NCBI GenBank assembly: GCA_012522535.1
Contig: JAAYKF010000097.1
Location: 1 to 44,730 of the forward strand
Length of the DNA: 44,730 nt
Direction: 5' to 3'
DNA from: Bacteroidales bacterium
Lineage (GTDB): Bacteria; Bacteroidota; Bacteroidia; Bacteroidales; WCHB1-69
Below the pieces are notes generated by a model. The model searched no databases. It saw nothing but the letters and a program-made list of their open reading frames with translations, and was not told where the DNA came from. Position 1 is the stretch's first letter. The number at the start of each line of letters is the position of its first letter. The translations under genes were made by a program, and so were the position numbers. Positions 1 through 8,999 of this stretch are shown in pieces.

Positions 1-2
1 TA

Positions 3-131
3 CCAACAGACAAGGGTTATCTAATATGCAGTTTCTCTTCAACTCGCTATCGTAAAGATAAATATGAAATGGAAAAACAAATAGAAAAAGCAAAACATGC
101 AGTGAAATATAAATTTAAAAACAAACGGTAG
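3..131 (+). pseudogene. 3' end of a truncated IS1634-family transposase-like ORF (5' part outside the window)
   Basis: Frame +3 reads PTDKGYLICSFSSTRYRKDKYEMEKQIEKAKHAVKYKFKNKR*. The YLICS.SS.RYRKDK.EMEKQIEKAK stretch resembles, from memory, the internal region of Bacteroidota IS1634 transposases. It stops long before the expected C-terminal catalytic part. Confidence 0.5.
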
Positions 132-293
132 TGTTCAAAAAAGTGTGTATGTGGAAAAAGGAAACATTTGTCGCGCCTCTGCGTTGTGGTCTGTCGAATA
201 ACAGAGCTTGTGAGGCGGCGGTTCGGCTGACCACTGAACTTGGACGTTGCCTTGCTTCCTTAAGGAAAAACAAAAAAAGAATGCAGCATCCTC

Positions 294-362
294 TGAACCC
301 ATAAGGTTCAAATATTTGAAAACTATAATATCATAGACGATACGACCTCATAGAGGTCGTAT
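294..362. repeat. Pair of short REP-like hairpins
   Basis: TGAACC-cataa-GGTTCA at 294-310, and a perfect 10-bp stem ATACGACCTC-ata-GAGGTCGTAT at 340-362. Both are followed by ATATTT. Confidence 0.55.
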
Positions 363-398
363 ATTTATTTTTATTCAAGTTCTATATTTTTATGTTTT

Positions 399-481
399 AT
401 CGAGCATAACCTGCAAGGTCTTCCCGACCTGACCTTGTAGGTTTAAAGCTAAAATATTAGGGTCAAAAATACTGAAAATTT
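399..481 (+). repeat. Dispersed REP-like repeat family 1 (CCTGCAAGGT...ACCTTGTAGG), copy 1
   Basis: Hairpin AACCTGCAAGGTC...GACCTTGTAGGTT at 408-443 plus a tail (TTTAAAGCTAAA...GGGTCA.AAAT.CTGA) shared with the copy at 31615 and partly with the reverse copy at 9089. Confidence 0.8.
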
Positions 482-536
482 CTATCCATTAAAATTAAAC
501 CTTGTAGGATTAAAGGTCTATTTTGTAATAAATTCA

Positions 537-544
537 TATCTTTG
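537..544 (+). promoter_or_regulatory. Bacteroidota primary-sigma -7 element for the riboswitch/btuFCD transcript
   Basis: TATCTTTG matches TAnnTTTG just upstream of the riboswitch 5' strand. Confidence 0.6.
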
Positions 545-550
545 CAACAC

Positions 551-836
551 AAAAGAAAGGTTCTTTGCATTATACCAATTGTTATAATAAAAAAGCTTGA
601 ACTATTTTATTATTTACAATGGTTAATGCCGATGGTTAAAATGTTTGGAACAATTGGATGAAGCGAAAACTGGTCTAATATATTTTTCCAATCGGTATAA
701 AAGGGAATATGGTGAAAATCCATAACTGTACCCGCAGCTGTAAACTCCTAAATCTGGGCAATATTAGCCACTTTCAAAAACAACGAAGGGAAGGCATTGC
801 AGCAGAGGAGCAAGTCAGAAGACCTACCTTACTTTT
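551..836 (+). ncRNA. Cobalamin (B12) riboswitch, interrupted by a 125-bp insertion
   Basis: Hallmark motifs AAAAGGGAA-TATGG-TGAAAAT-CCATA-ACTGTACCCGCAGCTGTAA, GCCACT, GGGAAGGC and the B12 box AAGTCAGAAGACCTACC. The 5' AAAGAAAGGT pairs with the 3' ACCTTACTTT. It lies directly upstream of btuFCD-like genes. Confidence 0.9.
573..697. mobile_element. MITE-like insertion with 9-bp terminal inverted repeats and TA target duplication
   Basis: Ends TACCAATTG / CAATCGGTA (8/9 inverted match), flanked by TA at 571-572 and 698-699. The right end matches 36965-36983 in reverse. Confidence 0.7.
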
Positions 837-884
837 GGAGAAATTATTAACGACTTTCGGGGAAAAAAGTCAAAAACAAAAATC

Positions 885-2045
885 ATGGAAAATAATAACC
901 AGAAACAAAGCAATCCAAAAATCCTTTTAGGACTGCTGACAATTTTCGCACTTATCTTATTAACATCTTGCCAAAATAATCCAATAGAAAGTCAAAATCA
1001 AGAAGATTACGACTCCATTTTTCTACCCAAACACTCCAATCTTTTTCACATTGAATATTACAAAAATCACAAAAAAATATTTGTGAAAAACCCTTGGGAT
1101 AGCACCCAAAACTTGGCTAAATATATTGTCTCTTTACAGCCAGAAAAACAGCCCGAAAACTCAGGTTTTACACTCGTAAAAACTCCCCTAAAATCAATAG
1201 CAACACTTTTTGCCCCCGATGTCGCCTTTGCAAATAAATTAGAGATAGTAAATCTTATTAGAGCAGTCTCCAGCATTCAATATGTTCATAATGAGCAACT
1301 TAATCAGCAGGTGGAAGAAGGTAAAACCATTGATGTGGGTCCCTCCGAAGCTTATAATGTTGAAAAATTGATAGCTTCGGGAGTAGTGGCTTGTTTCGTT
1401 TCGCCCTTCCGCGAAAACAGATACCAAAAAATAGAAGAAGCCGAAATAGCACTAATTGTCAACGCTTGTCATATGGAAGATAAGCCTTTGGCAAGAGCCG
1501 AATGGATACTCTTTTTTGCCAGCTTTTTTGATAAAGAGGAAATTGCAAAAGAAATTTTTCAAGATATTGAAAATCAATATAATAGCACAAAATCAAAGTT
1601 TGAAGATATAAAAAATCGTCCTAAGGTTTTTAGTGGAAAAATGTACCAAGATATTTGGTATGTGAGCGGTGGAAAAAGCTTCACAAGTGAGCTATTTAAT
1701 GATGCCGGTGGCGATTACATCTGGAAGCATTTGCCATATAGCGGCTCAGAACCCTACGATTTGGAAATAATACTCTCAGATGCCATAAATGCCGATTTTT
1801 GGTTTATTCAAGACTATACCGACACCAATTATAACTACCAAAGACTTGCCAGCGAAAATGCCAAATACAGCCTTTTCGATGCCTTTAAAAATCAGAATGT
1901 AGTTTTGTGCAACAGCAAATATAATTCCTATTACGAAGATGGCGTTTTGGAGCCACACATTATTCTTATGGATATGGCAAAAGTTTTCCACCCAGAGATA
2001 ATGGAAGAGCATCAGTTTAAATATTTCAAACCATTGAAAAAATAG
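885..2045 (+). CDS. btuF: ABC transporter substrate-binding lipoprotein, cobalamin/iron class (BtuF-like)
   Basis: Lipobox LLTSC; periplasmic-binding-protein motifs (E.KPLARAEW, W.VSGG.S, LMD..KVFHP); under a B12 riboswitch. Confidence 0.8.
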   Translation: MENNNQKQSNPKILLGLLTIFALILLTSCQNNPIESQNQEDYDSIFLPKHSNLFHIEYYKNHKKIFVKNPWDSTQNLAKYIVSLQPEKQPENSGFTLVKTPLKSIATLFAPDVAFANKLEIVNLIRAVSSIQYVHNEQLNQQVEEGKTIDVGPSEAYNVEKLIASGVVACFVSPFRENRYQKIEEAEIALIVNACHMEDKPLARAEWILFFASFFDKEEIAKEIFQDIENQYNSTKSKFEDIKNRPKVFSGKMYQDIWYVSGGKSFTSELFNDAGGDYIWKHLPYSGSEPYDLEIILSDAINADFWFIQDYTDTNYNYQRLASENAKYSLFDAFKNQNVVLCNSKYNSYYEDGVLEPHIILMDMAKVFHPEIMEEHQFKYFKPLKK

Positions 2046-2047
2046 AT

Positions 2048-3091
2048 ATGATTTCGCGAAAACAGAAATATAGCCTTTGGTTTTTGGCACTTATGCTGCT
2101 TATGATAAGCCTGTTTTTCCTAAATCTAATTTTAGGTTCCGTTATCATACCTTTTCAAGAGAGTATTAAAACGCTTTTCACCTCTCAAAATGTTGATAAT
2201 ACTTATCGTTTAATAATTCTAAAATCTCGCTTACCACAGGCACTTACAGCAATTTTTGCAGGAGCAGCCCTCTCTGTTGGCGGACTAATTATGCAAACAT
2301 ATTTCCGCAACCCCCTTGCCGATCCTTCGGTTTTGGGCATCAGTGCAGGAGCAAGTTTGGGGGTGGCAATTCTTTTTCTTATTCCCGGATTAAGTCTAAC
2401 AACAGGTCTTTTTTCAGGGTTTTATATGCAAAACTTCACCATTATTACAGCTGCACTTATAGGCTCAGCAGGAATATTATTTGCCATAATTCTCTTTTCA
2501 AGCTTTATCTCAAACTACGTAATGCTACTTGTTTTGGGGATAATGATAAGTGCCATGGCGGGCTCTTTTATTGGGATTCTACAAGTTTTTGCTGGTAGCG
2601 AAGAGGTGCACGGATTTGCCATTTGGGGTCTGGGCTCTTTCTCCAGCGTAAGCATTCCTCAACAAAAAATTTTCATACCAGCCATACTCATCGGACTTCT
2701 ATTTTCAATACTATTGGTAAAGCCAATGAATGTTCTACTTCTGGGCGAAAATCAAGCCAAAAGCTTGGGAATAAATATCCGAAAAACCAGACTACATATT
2801 TTATTAACTGTGGGGTTTTTGACAGCAATTGTTACAGCCTATTGCGGTCCCATTGCCTTTCTGGGGCTGGCTGTACCTCATTTGGCACGCCTTTTTTTCA
2901 GAACTTCCAATCACGCTATATTGATACCTGCGGTGATGATAATTGGAGCAGTTTTGTCATTAATCACAATCTTAATAGCTAAGCTACCCGGATTTAACGG
3001 CTCACTCCCTGTCAATGTGGTTACGGCGCTTTTTGGTGCACCAATTGTAATTTGGATAATATTAAGTCGTTCAAAAACCCAAGATTTATGA
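2048..3091 (+). CDS. btuC: FecCD/BtuC-family ABC permease
   Basis: Many TM helices; motifs RLPQA, FRNPLADPSVLGISAGA, LLLGE..A.SLG, GPIAFLGLAVPH. Confidence 0.85.
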   Translation: MISRKQKYSLWFLALMLLMISLFFLNLILGSVIIPFQESIKTLFTSQNVDNTYRLIILKSRLPQALTAIFAGAALSVGGLIMQTYFRNPLADPSVLGISAGASLGVAILFLIPGLSLTTGLFSGFYMQNFTIITAALIGSAGILFAIILFSSFISNYVMLLVLGIMISAMAGSFIGILQVFAGSEEVHGFAIWGLGSFSSVSIPQQKIFIPAILIGLLFSILLVKPMNVLLLGENQAKSLGINIRKTRLHILLTVGFLTAIVTAYCGPIAFLGLAVPHLARLFFRTSNHAILIPAVMIIGAVLSLITILIAKLPGFNGSLPVNVVTALFGAPIVIWIILSRSKTQDL

Positions 3092-4071
3092 TAAAAGTCC
3101 AAGAGCTAAAACTTGGTTTTTCATCGGCAACAACCAAGAAAATATTATTAGAAAATGTCTCTTTCAATATTGAAAAGGGAAAACTTTACTCTATTTTGGG
3201 TTCCAATGGAAAAGGAAAAACAACCCTGCTGAGGGCTTTTGCAGGTATTCATAAACCATTAAATGGAGATATTTTAATTAAGAATAAAAGTATAAAATCA
3301 TACTCCATACAAAAACTTGCACATCTGATAAGTGTGGTTTTCACCGAAAGGATTAATGTAGATTATATGTCAGTTTTCGAGATATTAGCCCTTGGACGTG
3401 TGCCGCATACTGGGTTTTATGGCACTCTAAGCGAAAATGATTTAAGGGTAATTGACCAAGCTTTGGAGCTTTGCGAAATATCTAATTTCAAAGAAAGAAA
3501 GCTAAACACCCTCAGCGATGGCGAATTTCAAAGAGTTCTGATAGCCAAAGCCATAGCCCAAGAAACACCAATTATTTTGATGGACGAACCCAGTTCACAC
3601 CTTGATGCTGCTGGGAGGATTACAATTATGGAGCTTCTCCGAAAATTAGTTGTCGAAAATAATAAAACCATTGTGCTAACAATGCATGAAATTGATTTAG
3701 CCATAAAATTTTCCGATACAATTTTGATGTTCAACGACGATAAGGATATAAAATTGGGCATGCCCGAAGATCTAATTTTAAGTGGCGAAATAAATGAACT
3801 TTTTGTCTCCAAAGGATTGATTTTTAGTCATAAAGAAGGAGTTTTTAAAACAGATAGGGTGAACAATTTAGCCATTAAATTAGATTTACCTTTGGATAAA
3901 AAAATGTGGGTCGAGAGTGCTTTGCACAGATATTCCATATTCTCAAAACCTTCAATGCAAGAGTTTGAAATATCCGAAAATGAGTTTGGTTTTATTATTT
4001 CAAAAAATGGAGAAATCGTTTCTCAATATCAAAATATAAAATCCATAATTGAATTTTTCACATCTACTTGA
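3088..4071 (+). CDS. btuD: ABC ATP-binding subunit (BtuD/FecE-like)
   Basis: Walker A GSNGKGKTT, signature LSDGE, Walker B ILMDEP, H-loop. Start placed at the ATG at 3088, which overlaps the permease stop (ATGA). Confidence 0.85.
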   Translation: MIKVQELKLGFSSATTKKILLENVSFNIEKGKLYSILGSNGKGKTTLLRAFAGIHKPLNGDILIKNKSIKSYSIQKLAHLISVVFTERINVDYMSVFEILALGRVPHTGFYGTLSENDLRVIDQALELCEISNFKERKLNTLSDGEFQRVLIAKAIAQETPIILMDEPSSHLDAAGRITIMELLRKLVVENNKTIVLTMHEIDLAIKFSDTILMFNDDKDIKLGMPEDLILSGEINELFVSKGLIFSHKEGVFKTDRVNNLAIKLDLPLDKKMWVESALHRYSIFSKPSMQEFEISENEFGFIISKNGEIVSQYQNIKSIIEFFTST

Positions 4072-4170
4072 TAACATAATTTGTTATCTCAATGAGCAGA
4101 ATTAGCTTTGCTCAGTAATATTGAGCGGAAACAGGGTCGTAGCGAAGTCGAAATCATTTTTCAACTCTAT

Positions 4171-4232
4171 CAATTTGTCAGTCTGAGTAGTCCCGATTTA
4201 TCGGAGCGAGCATCGAAGACTAAGACAAATTG
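4171..4232 (+). repeat. Dispersed hairpin repeat family 2, copy A
   Basis: CAATTTGTC-AGTC-TGAGTAGT...CGAGCATCGAA-GACT-AA-GACAAATTG. Homologous copies at 9000-9062 and 37211-37264. Confidence 0.85.
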
Positions 4233-4301
4233 TTTCTCAGCATTTTCAATTTTTCGGCTCCCCTGCAGTGTTTGTAAAACGAAAAACTGAAAACAACTAA
4301 T

Positions 4302-4319
4302 AACTAAGCACTCAAAACT
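4302..4319 (+). repeat. 18-bp direct repeat, left of the ATPase gene
   Basis: AACTAAGCACTCAAAACT, identical to 5774-5791. Confidence 0.85.
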
Positions 4320-4374
4320 TATAGAAACTTTTTATTTTCTAATTTTCCCATCATCATCCTTCTTTCCCATTGTT

Positions 4375-4473
4375 TTTTCGAGTATGGAGGAAAATCTACT
4401 ATTATTTGCACTATTTTCGAGTATAAAAGAAAATTCACTACCTTTGTAAGAAATTTTCGAGTATGAAAGAAAA
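4375..4473 (+). promoter_or_regulatory. Three 20-bp boxes TTTTCGAGTATRRARGAAAA around the ATPase promoter (candidate operators)
   Basis: Boxes at 4375-4394, 4414-4433 and 4454-4473. The -7 element TACCTTTG (4439-4446) lies between boxes 2 and 3, and box 3 contains the ATG. The repeats are seen directly; the operator role is inferred. Confidence 0.65.
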
Positions 4474-5731
4474 ATTTAATTCAATAAAGAAGTACAATTT
4501 TTGGAATAAAACATCTCCAAATCTTGGTTATTTAAGAACAGAATACACCGATAAAATTATAAAATATACTGAAAATCGTCTTATCAAAGTCTTGGTTGGA
4601 CAAAGGCGATCAGGCAAGTCGTATATTTTGCGACAACTTATAAATAAGCTAATTGGCGAAGGGGTTAACAGAGAAAATATTCTATATATAAACAAAGAAT
4701 ATACGGAGTTTGATTTTATAACAAACTATTCCGACTTGGACAGTTTTGTGAAGTATTATCAAAAAACACTTGCCGTTTCGGGTAAGATATATCTTTTTAT
4801 TGATGAAATTCAAGACATAGCTGATTGGGAGCGTTTTGTAAATTCATATTCTCAAAATTTTGTTGAAGAATACGAAGTTTTCATTACGGGTTCAAACTCA
4901 AATATGCTGTCAGGCGAGCTGTCAACTTTGCTTTCGGGAAGATATGTAGAGTTTGAAATTTTCCCTTTTAGCTATAATGAGTATTTGAAGTTTTTGGAGA
5001 AAGAAAACAATAAACAAAACTTTATTGAATATATGGAAAGTGGTGGCTTGCCCGAACTTTTCAATTTGCAAAATGATGAAATTAAAAGAAATTATGTTTC
5101 AGCAGTAAAAGACAGTGTGTTTTTTCGCGATATAATCCAACGTTATAGCATAAAAGAGCCCAAATTGCTGGAAGATGTTTTTATATATTTGGTTAATAAT
5201 GCTGCAAATTTAATATCGATTTCAAATATTGTAAACTACTTCAAAAATCTTGGACGCAAAACCACTTATGATACCATTTCAGCCTATATTTCATATATGG
5301 AAAACTCATTTTTAATCCATAAATCAGAGCGATATAATATAAAGGGGAAGGATACAATTTCGGGAAACGCAAAGTATTACATCAACGATTTGGCTTTTAA
5401 GAATTACCTGTACAAAGGCTATGCTTATGGCATAGGTTATAAGATAGAAAATATCGTTTATTTAAACTTAAGACGAGCTGGATATAAAGTTTATACAGGC
5501 GTTTTTGGTAATAGAGAGATTGATTTTGTTGCGTTAAAAGATGATAAACATTTGTATCTACAAGTGAGCTATTTGATGCTTGACAAATCAACTTTTGAAC
5601 GTGAATACTCTGCCCTTGAGCTAATTCCAGATAATTTTGAAAAGATAGTTCTCTCTTTGGATGATGTCCAATTTCCGCAAAGAAATGGAATAAAACATTC
5701 ACAAATTTGGAAGTTTGATTTTAATAAATAA
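4463..5731 (+). CDS. AAA+ ATPase, COG1373 type (AAA_14 + DUF4143)
   Basis: Walker A GQRRSGKS, Walker B LFIDEIQ, ITGSN, LSGR, GGLP, and C-terminal EN.VY...EIDFV...YLQV. Confidence 0.9.
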   Translation: MKEKFNSIKKYNFWNKTSPNLGYLRTEYTDKIIKYTENRLIKVLVGQRRSGKSYILRQLINKLIGEGVNRENILYINKEYTEFDFITNYSDLDSFVKYYQKTLAVSGKIYLFIDEIQDIADWERFVNSYSQNFVEEYEVFITGSNSNMLSGELSTLLSGRYVEFEIFPFSYNEYLKFLEKENNKQNFIEYMESGGLPELFNLQNDEIKRNYVSAVKDSVFFRDIIQRYSIKEPKLLEDVFIYLVNNAANLISISNIVNYFKNLGRKTTYDTISAYISYMENSFLIHKSERYNIKGKDTISGNAKYYINDLAFKNYLYKGYAYGIGYKIENIVYLNLRRAGYKVYTGVFGNREIDFVALKDDKHLYLQVSYLMLDKSTFEREYSALELIPDNFEKIVLSLDDVQFPQRNGIKHSQIWKFDFNK

Positions 5732-5773
5732 TACAAATTGCCTTACAGCAGAACAAATGCTTGAAAAACTCAA

Positions 5774-5791
5774 AACTAAGCACTCAAAACT
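5774..5791 (+). repeat. 18-bp direct repeat, right of the ATPase gene
   Basis: AACTAAGCACTCAAAACT, identical to 4302-4319, inside a run of AAAACTC-like heptamers. Confidence 0.85.
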
Positions 5792-5816
5792 CAAAGTTTA
5801 GTGAACTTTGAGTTTT
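5786..5816 (+). terminator. Hairpin after the ATPase, possible terminator
   Basis: 13-bp perfect stem AAAACTCAAAGTT / AACTTTGAGTTTT with a 5-nt loop, followed by a pyrimidine tract. Confidence 0.5.
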
Positions 5817-5904
5817 ATCTTTCTCCTTTTATCTTTCCATCTTTTAATTCTTTTCTCCTCCTCTTGTTTACAATTTTATTATATTTGCTCAATATTTACA
5901 ATAA

Positions 5905-6897
5905 ATGGCAAAAAAAGAATATATCACAAATAAAAAAGTTTTGGTAACAGGCGGAGCTGGTTTTATAGGTTCCAATTTGTGCGAAAACTTACTTCAAAAT
6001 GGCAATACAGTTGTTTGTCTCGATAATTTTTCCACCGGAAAAGAGGAGAATATCCGCTCTTTAAAAGAGAATCCAAATTTTGTATTAATCGAAGGGGATA
6101 TTCGAAATTTAGACACCTGTCATAGGGCTGTAAAAGATGCCGATGTGGTGATGCATCAGGCGGCTTTAGGCTCCGTTCCACGCTCCATCAACGACCCCAT
6201 TACCTCCAACGATGTTAATGTTTCGGGTTTTTTGAATGTTTTGGTCGCTACCCGCGATGCAAAAATTAAAAGATTTGTATATGCTTGTAGCTCATCAACT
6301 TATGGAGACTCTGAAGAGCTGCCAAAAGTGGAAGAAAAAATTGGAAAACCCTTATCACCCTATGCTGTTACAAAATATGTAAACGAACTTTATGCCGATG
6401 TTTTTGCCAAACTTTACGGCATCGAAACCATAGGTTTGAGATACTTCAATGTTTATGGTCGCAGGCAAGACCCCTTTAGCACCTATTCGGCTGTAATTCC
6501 CATTTTTGTGTCGAAAATTATCAATGGTCAAGCAATAACCATCAATGGCGATGGAGGTTTTTCAAGGGATTTTACCCATGTTGACAATGTGGTTTTGGCA
6601 AATAACTTAGCAGCCACAACATCTTCGCAAGGGGCTATAAATCAGATATATAATGTAGCTTGTGGCGAACAAACATCATTGAATGAATTGGCACAAACTT
6701 TAATAGAAAACTTAAGTCAATTTGACAAGAATTTCGAAAATTCAAAAATAATTTACGGACCGCAGCGTGCAGGCGATGTGCCACATTCCAAGGCTTCCAT
6801 CGAAAAGATAAGAAGCTTTTTGAAATATGAGCCAATTTTGAGGTTCAAAGAGGGTGTAGCCGAAGCTTGTCGCTGGTATTGGGAAAATATAAAATAG
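5905..6897 (+). CDS. UDP-GlcNAc/UDP-GlcNAcA 4-epimerase (WbpP/TviC-like extended SDR)
   Basis: GGAGFIGS, HQAALGSVPRSI, SSSTYGD, catalytic YAVTK, LRYFNVYG. A TATATTTG promoter motif lies at 5880-5887. Confidence 0.85.
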   Translation: MAKKEYITNKKVLVTGGAGFIGSNLCENLLQNGNTVVCLDNFSTGKEENIRSLKENPNFVLIEGDIRNLDTCHRAVKDADVVMHQAALGSVPRSINDPITSNDVNVSGFLNVLVATRDAKIKRFVYACSSSTYGDSEELPKVEEKIGKPLSPYAVTKYVNELYADVFAKLYGIETIGLRYFNVYGRRQDPFSTYSAVIPIFVSKIINGQAITINGDGGFSRDFTHVDNVVLANNLAATTSSQGAINQIYNVACGEQTSLNELAQTLIENLSQFDKNFENSKIIYGPQRAGDVPHSKASIEKIRSFLKYEPILRFKEGVAEACRWYWENIK

Positions 6898-6903
6898 AAA
6901 ATT

Positions 6904-7995
6904 ATGTCGAAAAAAGTCGCATTAATAACAGGTATAACAGGTCAAGACGGATCGTATTTGGCAGAGTTTTTATTGGAAAAAGATTACGAAGTACATGGTA
7001 TAATCCGTCGTGCCTCCTATTTCAACACCAGTCGCATTGAGCATCTTTATTTTGAAGAGTGGATTGAAGATACAAAGGAGCGTCAGAAAAACTTGCATTT
7101 GCACTATGGCGATATGACCGATTCTACTTCGCTTATCAGAATTTTGCAACAAGTTATGCCAGACGAAATTTACAATTTAGCTGCACAGTCGCATGTGAAA
7201 GTTTCGTTTGAAGTGCCTGAATATACCGCCGAGTCGGACGCAGTGGGAACATTACGTATCCTTGAAGCTGTAAGGATTTTGGGTCTTGAGAAGAAAACAA
7301 AAATATATCAAGCTTCTACCTCCGAACTTTTCGGAAAAGTTCAGGAAGTTCCCCAAAGCGAAACAACGCCATTTTATCCGCGTTCACCTTACGGAGTGGC
7401 AAAATTATACGCCTTTTGGATTACAAAAAATTATCGTGAATCGTATGGAATGTTTGCCGTAAATGGCATATTATTTAATCACGAAAGTGAGCGTCGTGGT
7501 GAAAATTTCGTTACCCGAAAAATCACCCTTGCAGCGGCACGAATAGCCAAAGGTTTGCAAAAGAAACTATATCTCGGAAATTTAAATGCTGGTCGCGATT
7601 GGGGCTATGCAGGCGATTATGTGGAGTGTATGTGGCTAATTCTTCAGCACGAAAAGCCCGAAGATTTTGTTATTGCCACCGGCGAAATGCACACCGTAAG
7701 AGAGTTTTGTACCTTAAGTTTCGGCCGTGCCGGAATTGAAATTAGGTGGGAAGGAGAAGGGGTTAACGAAAAGGGTATAAATGTTGCAAATAATGAAGTA
7801 GTTGTTGAGGTTGACCCAAAATATTTCCGTCCTGCTGAAGTGGATGAACTTAGAGGAAATCCAGCAAAAGCACAGAAATTATTGGGATGGAATCCCCGAA
7901 GCACCAGCTTTGAGGATTTGGTAAATAAAATGGTTGACCACGACTTAGATTACGTTGTTCGTGAACATAAATATAAAAAAAGCTCTCCAAAATAA
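6904..7995 (+). CDS. gmd: GDP-mannose 4,6-dehydratase
   Basis: [51 protein letters not shown]. Confidence 0.97.
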   Translation: MSKKVALITGITGQDGSYLAEFLLEKDYEVHGIIRRASYFNTSRIEHLYFEEWIEDTKERQKNLHLHYGDMTDSTSLIRILQQVMPDEIYNLAAQSHVKVSFEVPEYTAESDAVGTLRILEAVRILGLEKKTKIYQASTSELFGKVQEVPQSETTPFYPRSPYGVAKLYAFWITKNYRESYGMFAVNGILFNHESERRGENFVTRKITLAAARIAKGLQKKLYLGNLNAGRDWGYAGDYVECMWLILQHEKPEDFVIATGEMHTVREFCTLSFGRAGIEIRWEGEGVNEKGINVANNEVVVEVDPKYFRPAEVDELRGNPAKAQKLLGWNPRSTSFEDLVNKMVDHDLDYVVREHKYKKSSPK

Positions 7996-8918
7996 TGAAA
8001 CTTGATAGTAAAATATATCTTGCCGGGCACAATGGATTGGTTGGCAGTGCCATAATGCGAAATCTTCAGGAAAGAGGATATACAAATATTATTACCAAAA
8101 CCTCCAACGACTTAGATTTGAGAAGGCAAAAAGAGGTGGAAGATTTTTTTGAAAAAGAGAAGCTAGATTATGTTTTTTTGGCAGCTGCAAAAGTTGGCGG
8201 AATACACGCCAATAACACCTATCCAGCGGAGTTTTTGTACGACAATTTAATGATAGAATCTAATATTATTCACTCGGCTTATCTTTCGGGGGTTGAGAAA
8301 TTGCTTTTTTTGGGAAGTTCGTGTATATATCCAAAATTTGCTCCGCAGCCCATCAAGGAGAGTGATTTGCTAACAGGACTTCTTGAGCCAACTAACGAGG
8401 CGTATGCCATTGCCAAAATTGCAGGAATTGAGCTGTGTAAATTCTACCGCCGACAATATGGAGTGAATTTTATTTCGGCAATGCCTACAAATTTATACGG
8501 CATAAACGACAATTTCGATTTGAACACATCGCATGTTTTGCCAGCTCTAATACGTAAATTCCATGAGGCTAAAATCAATCAAGAAAAATCTGTTGTTATG
8601 TGGGGAAGTGGTAAGCCATTGCGTGAGTTTTTATATGTTGACGATTTGGCTGATGCTTTGGTGCATTTGATGCTCAATTACAGTGAAGAGACCCATGTAA
8701 ATGTGGGAACGGGAGAGGATATTTCCATTGCCAATTTGGCGAAAATGATAAAAGAGATTGTTGGCTATGAAGGCGAAATTGTAAATGATTTGTCCAAACC
8801 CGATGGCACTCCACGAAAGCTTTTAGATGTGAGCCTGCTTCACAGCACCGGTTGGAAGCATAAAACTTCTTTGGAAGAGGGCATATCAAAGGTTTATAAG
8901 TGGTATATTGGAACCTAA
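7995..8918 (+). CDS. fcl: GDP-L-fucose synthase
   Basis: [59 protein letters not shown]; coupled to gmd (TAATG). Confidence 0.96.
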   Translation: MKLDSKIYLAGHNGLVGSAIMRNLQERGYTNIITKTSNDLDLRRQKEVEDFFEKEKLDYVFLAAAKVGGIHANNTYPAEFLYDNLMIESNIIHSAYLSGVEKLLFLGSSCIYPKFAPQPIKESDLLTGLLEPTNEAYAIAKIAGIELCKFYRRQYGVNFISAMPTNLYGINDNFDLNTSHVLPALIRKFHEAKINQEKSVVMWGSGKPLREFLYVDDLADALVHLMLNYSEETHVNVGTGEDISIANLAKMIKEIVGYEGEIVNDLSKPDGTPRKLLDVSLLHSTGWKHKTSLEEGISKVYKWYIGT

Positions 8919-8999
8919 ATTTCTAAGGTTTTGATTTTCACGCTGTAAGTCTGAGTAATTTATTCTATAGTCGTTGAGCGTAGTCGAAACGCCGATTTT

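Noticed and set aside
160-265. GC-richer non-coding patch with a weak GTTC...GAAC hairpin
   Set aside because: No recognisable RNA family or second copy; insufficient support.
709-930. 73-aa ORF upstream of btuF
   Set aside because: It overlies the conserved riboswitch core and has no protein-like features.
4108-4290. 60-aa ORF (and the similar 8886-9068 ORF)
   Set aside because: Chance frames through family 2 repeats.
4375-4473. Mini-CRISPR interpretation of the three boxes
   Set aside because: Repeats of 20 bp and gaps of 19-20 bp are too short, the third copy overlaps a start codon, and there are no cas genes in the window.
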